Of a stretch of DNA of 64,000 bases, positions 32,006-42,139 are shown one piece after another (within the stretch, counting starts at the first letter, position 1; each line of letters begins with the position of its first letter). The notes below the pieces were generated by a model. That model saw only the letters and a program-made list of their open reading frames with translations. It made no database searches and was not told where the DNA came from. The DNA is taken from positions 1,248,001 to 1,312,000 of the forward strand of contig CAWJQQ010000001.1 in NCBI GenBank assembly GCA_963845065.1, in the 5' to 3' direction. The stretch comes from Nitrospirota bacterium (GTDB lineage: Bacteria > Nitrospirota > UBA9217). The translations under genes were made by a program, and so were the position numbers.

Positions 32006-33210
32006 ATTTCCTTGAAACGTTCCGGGTTTCTTTTGAAGCGATCCTGTCAAATAAGGTCCGTTCCGGTCTCACCATGCTCGGTGTCATCATCGGCGTGATG
32101 GCCGTCATCCTTCTGGTGTCCATCGGAGAAGGCGCGAGGGTCTATATAACAAAAGAACTTACTGGACTCGGCACGAACCTTCTCATTATTACACCGGGAA
32201 AGACCAGTGCAAGCGGCGGATTCCATCCGCCTTCGGCAGGCACAGTCCGCAAGCTCACGTACGACGACTCACTTGCCCTCAGGCGCAGAGCCTGGCTGCT
32301 GACCGATGCGGTGCCGATCGTGCTCGGGACAGGTAGGATCAAGTACACGAACCTAGGCCGCGATGTTATGATCATAGGCGTTACGCCTGAATTCCAGCGG
32401 GTGAGAAATCTTTTCGTCGATTCTGGAAGTTATGTCACCCAAGGAGATGTGGATTCCAAGAGTAAGGTCGTCGTTCTCGGAACAAAAGTCAAGGAAGAAC
32501 TCTTCGGGGATCAGAACGCACTCGGTAAGGTCGTGATGCTTTCCGACGTTCGGTATCGTGTCATAGGCGTCATGCGGAAAAAAGGCACAAGCCTCGGCAT
32601 GGACGTGGACGACATTGTTTACGTGCCGGTTACGAGCGGTCAGGAACTCTTTGATACGGATGCGCTTTTTGAGATTATCGCATCAACGCCTCAGGCCGAA
32701 GACACCGACCGCGCCATTACTCAGATAAAGGACGTACTAATCAAACGCCATGCCCATAAAGAGGACTTCACGATCCAGACACAGGGTGCCATGCTGGAGA
32801 CCATGAACACAATCCTGGGAGTATTGACTGCAGTTTTGGGTGGGATAGCAGGTATATCGCTCCTGGTCGGCGGTATCGGTATCATGAACATCATGCTGGT
32901 CTCGGTCCGGGAACGGACGCGAGAAATCGGTATCCGTAAGGCATTAGGTGCGAGGAACAGTGACATCATGGCGCAATTTATGATCGAAGCCGTAACTCTT
33001 TCAGGAGCAGGCGGCGTGCTCGGCATACTCATCGGGGTCGGCTTGGCACTGCTCATCCCAGTATTCGTAGATGTCCTGCCCACGAGCGTCTCTCTCTGGT
33101 CTATTGCAATGGCGTTTACTTTCTCCGGAGCAGTTGGGATCTTTTTTGGCGTATATCCCGCGAGCAAGGCTGCGCAGCAGGACCCGATTCAGGCACTTAG
33201 ATATGAGTAA
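32002..33210 (+). CDS. MacB-type ABC permease
   Basis: 'RSGLTMLGVIIG', 'GGIGIMNIMLVSVRERTREIGIRKALGA'. Confidence 0.93.
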   Translation: MNFLETFRVSFEAILSNKVRSGLTMLGVIIGVMAVILLVSIGEGARVYITKELTGLGTNLLIITPGKTSASGGFHPPSAGTVRKLTYDDSLALRRRAWLLTDAVPIVLGTGRIKYTNLGRDVMIIGVTPEFQRVRNLFVDSGSYVTQGDVDSKSKVVVLGTKVKEELFGDQNALGKVVMLSDVRYRVIGVMRKKGTSLGMDVDDIVYVPVTSGQELFDTDALFEIIASTPQAEDTDRAITQIKDVLIKRHAHKEDFTIQTQGAMLETMNTILGVLTAVLGGIAGISLLVGGIGIMNIMLVSVRERTREIGIRKALGARNSDIMAQFMIEAVTLSGAGGVLGILIGVGLALLIPVFVDVLPTSVSLWSIAMAFTFSGAVGIFFGVYPASKAAQQDPIQALRYE

Positions 33211-33598
33211 TGTTTCCCCCCGCAAAGTAGTTTGCTAATCACGGATACTCAAGACGTCGTCACTATTTTTTTCCTTGCCCGCAAGAAGTGCATGACAGCC
33301 ATCGATAAAAATTCTTACCCTTAAAAACTCCACCTTGTCTCCCTTTCTGATCCCGACATTCTGAAGTTAACTATAAAAATGCGCTTATCAATAAATTATC
33401 ATGCAATCAAAATATACCGAAGCATATATTAGGGCGGTAGTACACCATAGCTCTGACATTGGGGCCTCTCGCTTGGGGTTCCAAAAAGGCCCTAACCGTC
33501 CCCTTTAGTCACCTGCGTAGTTCAGTACACCTGAAAACATGCAAAGTGAATGTCCTTGAACTGAAATAACGAAATCGCGATATACGTGTATTGATGCT

Positions 33599-33958
33599 TC
33601 ACTGTACCGTCAATATCGCAGTGCCTGTTATGTTTGTCGACGGATCGGTTGCCGTTATAGTAGTTGTGCCTAGAGCGACAGCTGTTGCAAGCCCTTGTGA
33701 ACCAGCTGAGTTGCTTATCGTTGAAACAATTGCAGTTGATGAGCTCCATGTCACTGACGTCGTAATATCGGCCTCTACATTACCCTGATAATTTCCAACA
33801 GCATCAAACTGAAGGGTCGATCCATTAGAAATGGTAGGACTGGTCGGCGTTATGGTAATGTAAATAAGATTGGGTTGAGTAGGACCGCAACCGGTGAGGA
33901 TTAACATGGGCACAAAAAACGATAAAATAAAGATAAACATAAACTTAAAAATATTCAT
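33599..33958 (-). CDS. Small lipoprotein with a bacterial Ig-like (Big_2) domain
   Basis: Lipobox LTGC; 'DITTSVTWSSS...GLATAVALGTTTITAT'. Confidence 0.8.
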   Translation of the reverse strand: MNIFKFMFIFILSFFVPMLILTGCGPTQPNLIYITITPTSPTISNGSTLQFDAVGNYQGNVEADITTSVTWSSSTAIVSTISNSAGSQGLATAVALGTTTITATDPSTNITGTAILTVQ

Positions 33959-34159
33959 AACCAGTGACCTCCATAAAGTGATTTACGAACATTTAAAATA
34001 CGACAATGCGGTCAATAATCGATGCATGACAAGCAAGCAAAGCGCGTCGGTTAGCAGAGTGACCATGATTGTTTATTATCGAACAAAGCCTAAGTGTGCA
34101 AGATATGTCGGCATGGGCCGCAACTGAAGTAACGTAATATTGTCAACATCAACAATTCC

Positions 34160-34350
34160 AGCGATAAAAACTTGATGGTCCCTGACACCTGCGTGCCAAC
34201 TAAATGATTGTAACAGGGTTGACTGTGCCTATTGGTGTCACTGTTTGTTAAATATCGCTTTGGATAGGTACTCCTCCCTGAATGGGAACATTGATCTGGC
34301 GCCTACTACGATGATGCCAATGACTAAGATAGCCAGAATTATAGCCGAGG
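34160..34350 (-). pseudogene. N-terminal remnant of a MacA-type adaptor
   Basis: Minus strand reads AIILAILVIGIIVVG...DI*QTVTPIGTVNPVT, then frameshift, LVGTQVSGTIK. Confidence 0.6.
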
Positions 34351-34376
34351 TGATTATTATTTATAAAACTTGTCCT

Positions 34377-34500
34377 TGAATACCCAGCAGTTCTACTGCT
34401 GGGATGAAAAGGACAATCCTGACGAAGTCAGGATAAGAATCTGATTGGTTTTAGGTTCTATCGGTTTTGATGCCCCGCAGCTCTGCTGCGGGTTAATTCA
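34377..34500. repeat. Palindromic miniature element (IS200/IS605-end-like or REP-like)
   Basis: Hairpins CCCAGCAG/CTGCTGGG, ATCCTGAC/GTCAGGAT and CCCGCAG/CTGCGGG; ends TGAAT...ATTCA inverted. Confidence 0.55.
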
Positions 34501-34521
34501 CTTCTCGTTCACTTCTTTTCC

Positions 34522-35913
34522 TCAGCGTATCCCCATCGCGTATTCAATGCTGGCTTGGGAGGTTTTGTAATTAGCCAGCGCATTCGTCAAATTCGCCTGG
34601 GCCGTTACGTAGAGTGCAAACGAATCGGAGACTTCGATCGGGCTTCCCACTCCGGCAGCATAGCGACCGTTAGCCAGGTCCAGGTTCTCCTTGGCCTGCT
34701 TAGCCGCTAGATCCGCGGTCGAGATGCTGGCCTCCGCTGCCACCAGGTTCAGGTACGCTTGTCTGACGTTGAGCAGTATTTGCTGACGTAAAGATTCTTC
34801 ATTGGCTCTCAGAACATTGAGATTTGATTTAGCCCCTGATACCTGCTGTTGCGTCAAGAAACCGTTGAACACGGGAACGGTCAAAGCCACCCCGGCACTC
34901 CAACCTTGCTCAAACGTTGAGGTTGTCTCGCCTACCGAGTAGTAGTTTGCGTTTCCCGATAAGGTCGGGTAATAACCTGAACGTGCGAAACTGATATTTT
35001 CCTCTGCCGCCTGTCTTTGGGCAATGATCGATTTGAGATCAGGCCTGTTTTCAAAGGCGTGCGCCGTTGCTTCCTCCAGAGTGATCGTATACTTCTGAAA
35101 TGCGAGGTTGTCCTCAAGCGTGTATTCGGGCGGATCAGGTGTCCCCATAGCATTGTTTAGAGTCACCCAGGCTATCTTGAGCGCATTTTCGGCATTAATA
35201 AGACTGAGCTGTGCATTGCTCAGATTAACTTCTGCATTGATCACATCGATCCGTGCATTCGTACCGACCGCATAAAAAGCTTTTGCCTGGTCCAGATGGA
35301 GTTGCATTTGTTTTATGACGTCCATATCCACGTCACGATTCCGCTTGGCCTGCAGTACGCCGTAATAGGCCTGTTTAACGTTCAGAATTACAGTATCTTG
35401 CGTTGTTGTCATATTTGAACGAGCGGAATCGAGATTGTACTTAGATATTTCTACCTGTGACGACGTCTTTCCGAAGTCCGTGATATACTGATTGAGCGAT
35501 AAGATGCCAGCAGCCAGATTGTATGGCGTAGTTCCCGTCGAACTTGATGCTGGCTGAATCCTGTTGTATGTAGCTGATGCGCTGAGCTGTGGATAATAGA
35601 CGGAACGCGCCTGACCTACCAGGCTCCTATTGACTTCCACGGTATTAATCGCGGCAACAATGGTTGGATTTTTGCGAAGCGCGATATCAATACATCGCTT
35701 CACAGTTAATATCTCACCTGCCGATATCATGCCTTCATCGGCAGGATCGTTTTTTTCAGACTGAACCTGCGCAGATTGGGATTGACCCGCAGGTGTGGCT
35801 TCTTCAGCGCAAAGAGGTGCTGGCACGGTGGCCAGGATGAAAAGGCACATCGAACAGACCAGGATAGTCCCCGTAAAATAATGACTCTTCTGTGTGTAAT
35901 TTTTTGCTAACAT
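34522..35913 (-). CDS. TolC-family outer membrane efflux protein
   Basis: OEP repeats ('ITDFGK', 'VKQAYY', 'RYAAGVG'); paralogous to 27862..29196. Confidence 0.9.
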   Translation of the reverse strand: MLAKNYTQKSHYFTGTILVCSMCLFILATVPAPLCAEEATPAGQSQSAQVQSEKNDPADEGMISAGEILTVKRCIDIALRKNPTIVAAINTVEVNRSLVGQARSVYYPQLSASATYNRIQPASSSTGTTPYNLAAGILSLNQYITDFGKTSSQVEISKYNLDSARSNMTTTQDTVILNVKQAYYGVLQAKRNRDVDMDVIKQMQLHLDQAKAFYAVGTNARIDVINAEVNLSNAQLSLINAENALKIAWVTLNNAMGTPDPPEYTLEDNLAFQKYTITLEEATAHAFENRPDLKSIIAQRQAAEENISFARSGYYPTLSGNANYYSVGETTSTFEQGWSAGVALTVPVFNGFLTQQQVSGAKSNLNVLRANEESLRQQILLNVRQAYLNLVAAEASISTADLAAKQAKENLDLANGRYAAGVGSPIEVSDSFALYVTAQANLTNALANYKTSQASIEYAMGIR

Positions 35914-36466
35914 CCATCTCCCTCGATTTTCAACTGACTCACACATGGGTCTGGCAAATCCTACCATTAATTATGGGATGATGTCTAGCCGGAAATTCAT
36001 GTTCGTCACCAACGAAGCATCTTTACGCTGTAATCGGCTGTGAATGTAACCTCGCATTAGGTTACAAAATTTATCCTGAAAGGCATTATATATTCTCGGT
36101 GAATATTCTTACCGGTTGGTATGCGCGGGGAACCGGCAGAACGGTGATTACGCTTGCACATTGAACTAGCGCTCCCTATCTCGATAGATATGTCAGAATA
36201 AGAGCGCTTCATGTATGCAAAATTCATACATCATCTTTATGAGGATAGCGTATTTTATTAAAAGTTACAATGTTTTGACACAAAAGCTTCGAAAAGGTTT
36301 AATTATGAATTCGTATTTCACGAAAATATAGTATATCTAGGAAAAATTTTCCGGAAAGTCCTAAAGAAGGAAAATGTTGCCGCATTGTTGCTTATGAGAC
36401 TTCTGAGATTGTTTTTTATAGGCCTGTTTTTTTTGATTTCTAAGAATGATGTGTTTTTAATGTATC

Positions 36467-36482
36467 TGGTATATAAATTGCT
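36467..36482 (+). promoter_or_regulatory. Sigma54 (-24/-12) promoter
   Basis: TGGTAT-N5-TTGCT; palindrome GGAAAAATTTTCC ~120 nt upstream as candidate enhancer. Confidence 0.65.
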
Positions 36483-36532
36483 TACTTAGTGTTAACGTTT
36501 TTAAATGTTGATAAGAAAAGGAGGTGAACATT

Positions 36533-36919
36533 GTGTCAATACAGTCTGTAAGTAATACTGCTAATAATCCGTATTTAAGCACTCTCAACACTGACTTTCA
36601 AAATCTTCAGAACGACATTCAGTCTTACGAGAACGCCCAGAGTTCAGGAACTTCAGGAAGTTCTACCCAGGTCACTCTTTCCCAACAGGCGTTGAACCAA
36701 GCAATGTCACAAGTCCAGAATGATCTTGCCAGTCTCACACAGCAGGCGCAGGGTACGCAGGGCATTCAGGGCCATCATCATCACCACCACTATCACGGGA
36801 TGGATTCCACAGACAGCGGCGGAAGCACGGGCGCAGCAACCGGCCTCTCTGCGGCCGCAAGTAACAGCTATGGCTCGCAGACTAAAAACAGCGTAAGCTC
36901 GATTAACCTTACTGCATAA
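36533..36919 (+). CDS. Low-complexity S/Q/T/G-rich protein with His tract
   Basis: Strong AAAGGAGG RBS before GTG36533; HHHHHHYH; followed by terminator. Confidence 0.8.
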   Translation: MSIQSVSNTANNPYLSTLNTDFQNLQNDIQSYENAQSSGTSGSSTQVTLSQQALNQAMSQVQNDLASLTQQAQGTQGIQGHHHHHHYHGMDSTDSGGSTGAATGLSAAASNSYGSQTKNSVSSINLTA

Positions 36920-36944
36920 TTTGTTCATGATATGAAGCGAGAGA

Positions 36945-36977
36945 GGAGGGGCTTCCCCGGCCCCTCCGTATTTTTGT
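36945..36977 (+). terminator. Intrinsic terminator
   Basis: GGAGGGGC-loop-GCCCCTCC followed by a T-run. Confidence 0.75.
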
Positions 36978-37160
36978 ATGCTTTTGGTCCAACCTCTGCC
37001 ATCTGTTATCTTCTGCACGGTAATTTACCCGTCTTTATCTGAAGCAGCAATTAAACCTTTTCTGAAATCCCGTGTCTTTGCCATATGCGATGATCAAATG
37101 CGGTAAAAGCAGTGTTGTATCGGAATAATAAGTAACCATTCAAGTGAGGAGAAAAATAAG

Positions 37161-37712
37161 ATGAAGAATTGGAAGGAATCGCGAAAGTATGGTCTTTTTT
37201 TCAGTGTTGCCCTGGTGTGTTTGACGTTGTTGGCTGCAGTGCAGGTTTCAGCATTTGACGGGCAGAAACCTGATGGTAGGGAACCAGGCCATCCTTGCTG
37301 TTGTGATCGGGCGGCATCATGCCATGGGGCTGGTGGGTGGCAGGGGGAAATGCGCCATCATAAGCTGCACCGAATTTTGATGGCTTTTAAGAAGCTCGAT
37401 CTCACAGAAGGCCAAAAATCTGAGATTCATGAGATCTGGATATCCATGAAGAAGGACATGATAAGGAAACGCGCAGACCTCAAAATCGCACAAATGGAAC
37501 TCCACGGCCAGCTCCATCAGGATATGGTGGATATGCATGCAGTCGAATTGCAGGTAAAAAAGATCGAGGGTTTAAAGACCGATATGAAGCTTAATGCCAT
37601 AAAGTCGTGGGAAGAAATTAAATCTAAGTTGACGCCTGACCAGCGGAAACACTTGGCTGATCTCATACGAGATTCACGGAAATGTCATGATCAACGTCAC
37701 CATGAGGGGTAA
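37161..37712 (+). CDS. Spy/CpxP/ZraP-like periplasmic protein
   Basis: Signal peptide; 'LDLTEGQ' and 'LTPDQR' LTxxQ motifs. Confidence 0.8.
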   Translation: MKNWKESRKYGLFFSVALVCLTLLAAVQVSAFDGQKPDGREPGHPCCCDRAASCHGAGGWQGEMRHHKLHRILMAFKKLDLTEGQKSEIHEIWISMKKDMIRKRADLKIAQMELHGQLHQDMVDMHAVELQVKKIEGLKTDMKLNAIKSWEEIKSKLTPDQRKHLADLIRDSRKCHDQRHHEG

Positions 37713-37946
37713 GCAGGCATTGATCAAGGTCCGGGGCAGGCGGCTGTAGAGTGCACTGGACTCTGCTCTTGTACCTGAATAGTAATGCAAAAAATCATGT
37801 CAAACTGCTTATTGATCTCCTTTCGTCCCATTGTCGCAAGTTTATTTTGCTACAATAAGAGTATGCGACCGCAATAGGCATTGCAATCATACGTATGGAG
37901 TGGAAGCGCATCATATTCATCAAGGGGCAAGTCAGGAGATAAATTT

Positions 37947-38192
37947 ATGGCGTTGATGAAAGCAGTGCAGGTGAACTCCCCGGGAGGCAAGTTTGAGCTG
38001 GTACGCAAAGAGGTTCCGGAACCGAAAGAAAACGAAGTCCTGATTAAAGTTGCGGCTTGCGGCATCTGTCATGGAGATTCTGTAACAAAGGAAGGACATT
38101 TTCCCGGGATTGTCTATCCGAGGATCCCGGGGCATGAAGTGATCAGGCTTTATCAACGAGGCAGGGCAAGGAAGGAGTTCACCGCAGTTTAG
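37947..38192 (+). pseudogene. Truncated Zn-dependent alcohol dehydrogenase (N-terminus only)
   Basis: 'EVLIKVAACGICHGD...PRIPGHEV' then similarity lost and early stop. Confidence 0.8.
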
Positions 38193-38370
38193 ATAAATAA
38201 AGCCATAATAATAATTATGTCAGAATGGAAGTTAGCTATAAATAATCGCTTTGTACTTTCCATCGAGTGACTTAAATTCCTTTTTCAGTAGCATTTTCTG
38301 TAAGAGTGACATAATGTTTTTTAATCACTATTCGTAGAATGAGTATCATGGAAATCTAAGAGGTGAAAGG

Positions 38371-39336
38371 ATGAAGAGAACAATAATTGCGTCGATTGTA
38401 TTGATTTTATTTTTCTCAAAGACGTCAAGTGTATTCGCAGAGGTCGACCTGTGCGCTACCTACGCGGAACAAGGAAAAACAGAAGAAGTTATACAAGAAT
38501 GTTCAAAACAAATAAGCGGCAAGGTTAAAGTTGAGCATATTGAACGCTCATACATGAATCGCGCGATTGCTTACCAGATCACGAACCGACTCGATGAAGC
38601 CATTGCTGATTTTAGCAAGGTGATAGAATTGGACCCGAAAGATGATAAAGCCTACAATGACCGCGGTAATACCTATTTATTAAAAGGTTTGCCGGACCAG
38701 GCAATAGCCGATTTCGATAAAGCAATCACGCTGAATCCGAAAAATGCTCATGCATACTTTAACCGCGGCGTCGTTCGCCAGGCCATTGGCAAATTTGACG
38801 AGGCAATAACTGATTATAACAAAGTAATCGAATTAGATCCCAAAGTCGCGAACGCATATAGGAACAGAGGTAACATTTACCTTACAGAAAACCGGTATGA
38901 GCAGGCAGTCGCAGATTTCATGAAATCTATCGAACTGAACCCGAAAGACGCAGAAACATACAACAGCCTAGGAGCTATTCATATCGTCCAGGGCCAAATC
39001 GATAAAGCCATCGATGAATTTAACGAGGCCATTAAGGTAGATCCAAATAATGATCAAGCATTAAGCAACCGCGGGGCAGCCTACCAAGCTAAGGGTAGTT
39101 ACGATTTGGCCGTTGCCGATTATCGCAATGCCTTGGAAATTAACCCAAACAACGTTTCGGCATATTACAACATGGCATGTCTTTATTCCTTGAAAAAAAA
39201 TACTGAAGAATCCTGTTCTTGGCTCTTAAAAGCTGTTGATAAAGGATATGACAACTGGGAGCATATGAAAAAAGATCGCGACCTTGAGAATATTCACGGA
39301 GCTGAATGCTTCAAGAAAATACTCGACAAAAAATGA
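38371..39336 (+). CDS. Exported TPR-repeat protein
   Basis: Signal peptide; tandem 34-aa 'AYxNRG...AIADFxKAIELxP' repeats. Confidence 0.9.
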   Translation: MKRTIIASIVLILFFSKTSSVFAEVDLCATYAEQGKTEEVIQECSKQISGKVKVEHIERSYMNRAIAYQITNRLDEAIADFSKVIELDPKDDKAYNDRGNTYLLKGLPDQAIADFDKAITLNPKNAHAYFNRGVVRQAIGKFDEAITDYNKVIELDPKVANAYRNRGNIYLTENRYEQAVADFMKSIELNPKDAETYNSLGAIHIVQGQIDKAIDEFNEAIKVDPNNDQALSNRGAAYQAKGSYDLAVADYRNALEINPNNVSAYYNMACLYSLKKNTEESCSWLLKAVDKGYDNWEHMKKDRDLENIHGAECFKKILDKK

Positions 39337-40004
39337 ATTTGGATCTGATAGTCAGAATATTCTCTTACCATTCAGGCTTCAAATTTCGTAGCAAGTCTGC
39401 CCACGTATGGACAGTAACGATGTGATTTTTATAGTTGCCGACCGTTTCATCGGGCGTATCACTTTCGGCCAATGGTAACCTATTGCTCGACATTGGCATA
39501 CAGACTAATAATGCTTCTATTGTGGCTATGATGCATAACGTTGTCGATCATGACCATTCAAAACTGCACGCTCTATACCAGCGTCATCGATAGCGGCTCG
39601 AAAGGGGTTTTATCTACGCCGCCATCATCTGGACAGTTGTCGTTCTGCAGCGACAATTCGTTTAGGCTAAGTTCCGTATCTGCAATAACCCATTCGCGAC
39701 AAATGTAGGCACCTCCGGAACACCAAACTTTGATGTTTTCTTCCAAATTGGCAATTTTACAGCCTCACATATACATCCAGCCAGGTTTTCTATAATATCG
39801 GCAGCTACACAAGCCTCTTTTTCGAATGGGAGCGCTTCCGTTCTATTTCGGATGAAGCATTTATGTGGACATAGAGGGAGTAAACTTTAATATTGGTGAA
39901 GGACTGTAATTTGCTTACTCACCGGTTTGAGTAACCAAACTAAAAAAAATCAGCTAAACTCTTCTATTGGTACATTTTATTAGAAAGATCAGGTCCATAA
40001 CTGG

Positions 40005-40580
40005 TTAAAACTTATTTGCATCAGCCTCGAGCACGGCTAGGGGGATTAAGTATTTTCCGTTCTCCATTTTGCCTTCTATCTTTATGGGGTAACAATTTCC
40101 CAAACCTTTCTCGAGTTCATATACCGAAAATTTCGTATTGCAGTGACGGCATACGATAGAACCGTTCTCGCAACGATATCCTTGCTTGAATGAATAGCAG
40201 CTTATGCAGGCATCTAGGAAGGAGCTGACTCTGCCATGGAGATTAAGTATGAAGTAATTGATATTTTCCCCATGAAAGTGATAGGTAAAGAATTTCGGTA
40301 CTTCAGGTGGAAGGTTTGTCAAATCGATGACTATGTTAGGTCCGATTTGTGGTGCAGAAGGATAGGACAGTTGATTTGAGCAGGAAAAACACATTAGGAG
40401 CATTGCCAAAATAAAAGGTGAGAAAATTTGAGATTGGCGCCTAAAGGATTCACGATGATTCATTTCGTGGAGCACCATGGGTGATGTTAAATTTAGATTT
40501 TGTCGTAGGAAGATTTGCCTCTCAGATCGCATGATTGCATGATAATTTTCTACATATAAGCCTGTCAAGAGAAATCCCAT
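40005..40580 (-). CDS. DUF2318-like Cys-rich (putative Fe-S) protein
   Basis: 'DACISC...GY...VCRHC...GNCYP'; true start probably downstream of 40580. Confidence 0.7.
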   Translation of the reverse strand: MGFLLTGLYVENYHAIMRSERQIFLRQNLNLTSPMVLHEMNHRESFRRQSQIFSPFILAMLLMCFSCSNQLSYPSAPQIGPNIVIDLTNLPPEVPKFFTYHFHGENINYFILNLHGRVSSFLDACISCYSFKQGYRCENGSIVCRHCNTKFSVYELEKGLGNCYPIKIEGKMENGKYLIPLAVLEADANKF

Positions 40581-40782
40581 TCATCACTAATTACAGAACT
40601 AAACCACAGTATCTGCCTTTGCGAATAAAGGGTATCTGGATTTTGCAATTGATTGCTGGAAATCAGGTTGTGAACGATATTTGAGTAGTTGGCTGATTTT
40701 ATGTACCACATCGCCGATTGTATCTCTAGACATTTCCACTGCGAATACGTATGCTACACGTACAGAAAGAAGGGGAGTTTAC

Positions 40783-41323
40783 ATGCAAAAAAAGCTGACT
40801 ATAACTATGGATGAGGCAATATATATATATAATGGATTTCACAAAACATCGGCCCTTGAAAAATCAGTAAATTAATCGAGGAACTGGTACGTATCTTATT
40901 CGCCCTAACCTGGAACTGGCATATTCCAATATGTCCAAGGACAGGAAAAAGAAGCAGAAGCTTTAGAATGGGAAGAAACCAACATTAAGGATTTAGCGCA
41001 TGAAAGGAGGTGAGGTCTAGTGAGTTAATTTTGATCGTTCCTTTGGTGGTGAAATTTAGAAGAGGCGCCCTTCTGCCATCGCCCCAATGATGCATCGAAC
41101 AAATTCATCAACCCAGTTCTGTTAATCCCTCTTGTCAGCAAAAAGAGCTCATCCATATCCGAGTGATGTGCTGGTTATCTTCAATGGAAAAGAAAACAGG
41201 GCTATGGCGGACCAGTTGGCAACGGTAAACAAGTTGCGATTGTTTAGACATACCGGCGTACTTTCAGATGAAGGCTTGGCTAAAATCGGTGAGACGATGA
41301 AGCTACAATTGGACATTTTCTGA
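40783..41323 (+). pseudogene. Degraded antitoxin + PemK/MazF toxin pair
   Basis: MQKKLTITMDE... frameshifted antitoxin; toxin from ATG41000 MKGGEV**VNFDRSFGGEI*KRRP ... AMADQLATVNKLRL with stops. Confidence 0.75.
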
Positions 41324-41370
41324 TTAATTTCGCATTCATCGGTCGACTTGCAGCCTTTTGTTCAGGCGCT

Positions 41371-42042
41371 CTATCGCTTTCTCAAGTCAATCGCACTTTT
41401 TATATAAGGGTAAACCGTTTCTGTGATTATTCGATATCCCTCTGATGTCGGGTGGATTCCATCCGCCTGGTTGAGGGATGGGTCGCCCGCTATGCCAGCG
41501 AGAAAGAAGGGGATAAGGATTAGATTATATTTCTCTGCTATAGAGTGATAGTTCGAGTAGAATTCTTCTGTGAATTTCCGTCCCATGTTTGTCACCATCC
41601 TCATACCTGCAAGTACTACAACGACATTGTTCTCTTTAAGGATGCGAACAGTCTCGTCAATGTTCTTTCTGGTTACATGCGGGTCAATTCCTCGAAGGCC
41701 ATCATTGGCACCGGTCTCGAGGATGATGATGTCGGGTTTGAGTTTCAGCACCCAGAGAACGCGCGAGAGGGCGCCGCTGCTCGTTTCACCGCTGATGCCC
41801 GCATTGATGACCCGCCAGTTATATCCCGCAGACCTGAGCATCTTTTCGAGCCTCGCAGGATAAGAATTCTCCTCGTTAACGCCAAAACCCGCTGTAAGGC
41901 TATCGCCCACAGCGACGATGGTGCCATCATAAACATGCTGTTGCCGAGGTGCTATGATCTGCGGTTCTTTACGCCGTTCACATCCGGCTATACACAACAA
42001 TAGAAGAATCGTTGAGGTCAAACGCATTATCAAACCGTTCAT
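41371..42042 (-). CDS. tesA: SGNH arylesterase (TesA-like lipoprotein)
   Basis: GDSLTAG, NAGISGET, GANDGLRG, DGIHP. Confidence 0.88.
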   Translation of the reverse strand: MNGLIMRLTSTILLLLCIAGCERRKEPQIIAPRQQHVYDGTIVAVGDSLTAGFGVNEENSYPARLEKMLRSAGYNWRVINAGISGETSSGALSRVLWVLKLKPDIIILETGANDGLRGIDPHVTRKNIDETVRILKENNVVVVLAGMRMVTNMGRKFTEEFYSNYHSIAEKYNLILIPFFLAGIAGDPSLNQADGIHPTSEGYRIITETVYPYIKSAIDLRKR

Positions 42043-42139
42043 AATTCCTTCTTTTTATAAGCAGGCTACTGCATAATGGTATCTGTTTCAGCGTGTATGG
42101 CCGTAACCATCTGATGTAGTCTAGCTGTTTTTATGAAAA

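Noticed and set aside
36100..36186. GCGCTCCCTATCTCGAT looks like a group II intron DVI end
   Set aside because: No recognisable DV catalytic triad or stem upstream
38371..39336. Periodic ~102-nt similarity
   Set aside because: Explained by TPR protein repeats, not a DNA array or DGR template
39340..40000. Long intergenic stretch, possibly a decayed gene
   Set aside because: No frame gave a recognisable protein and no repeat structure was found
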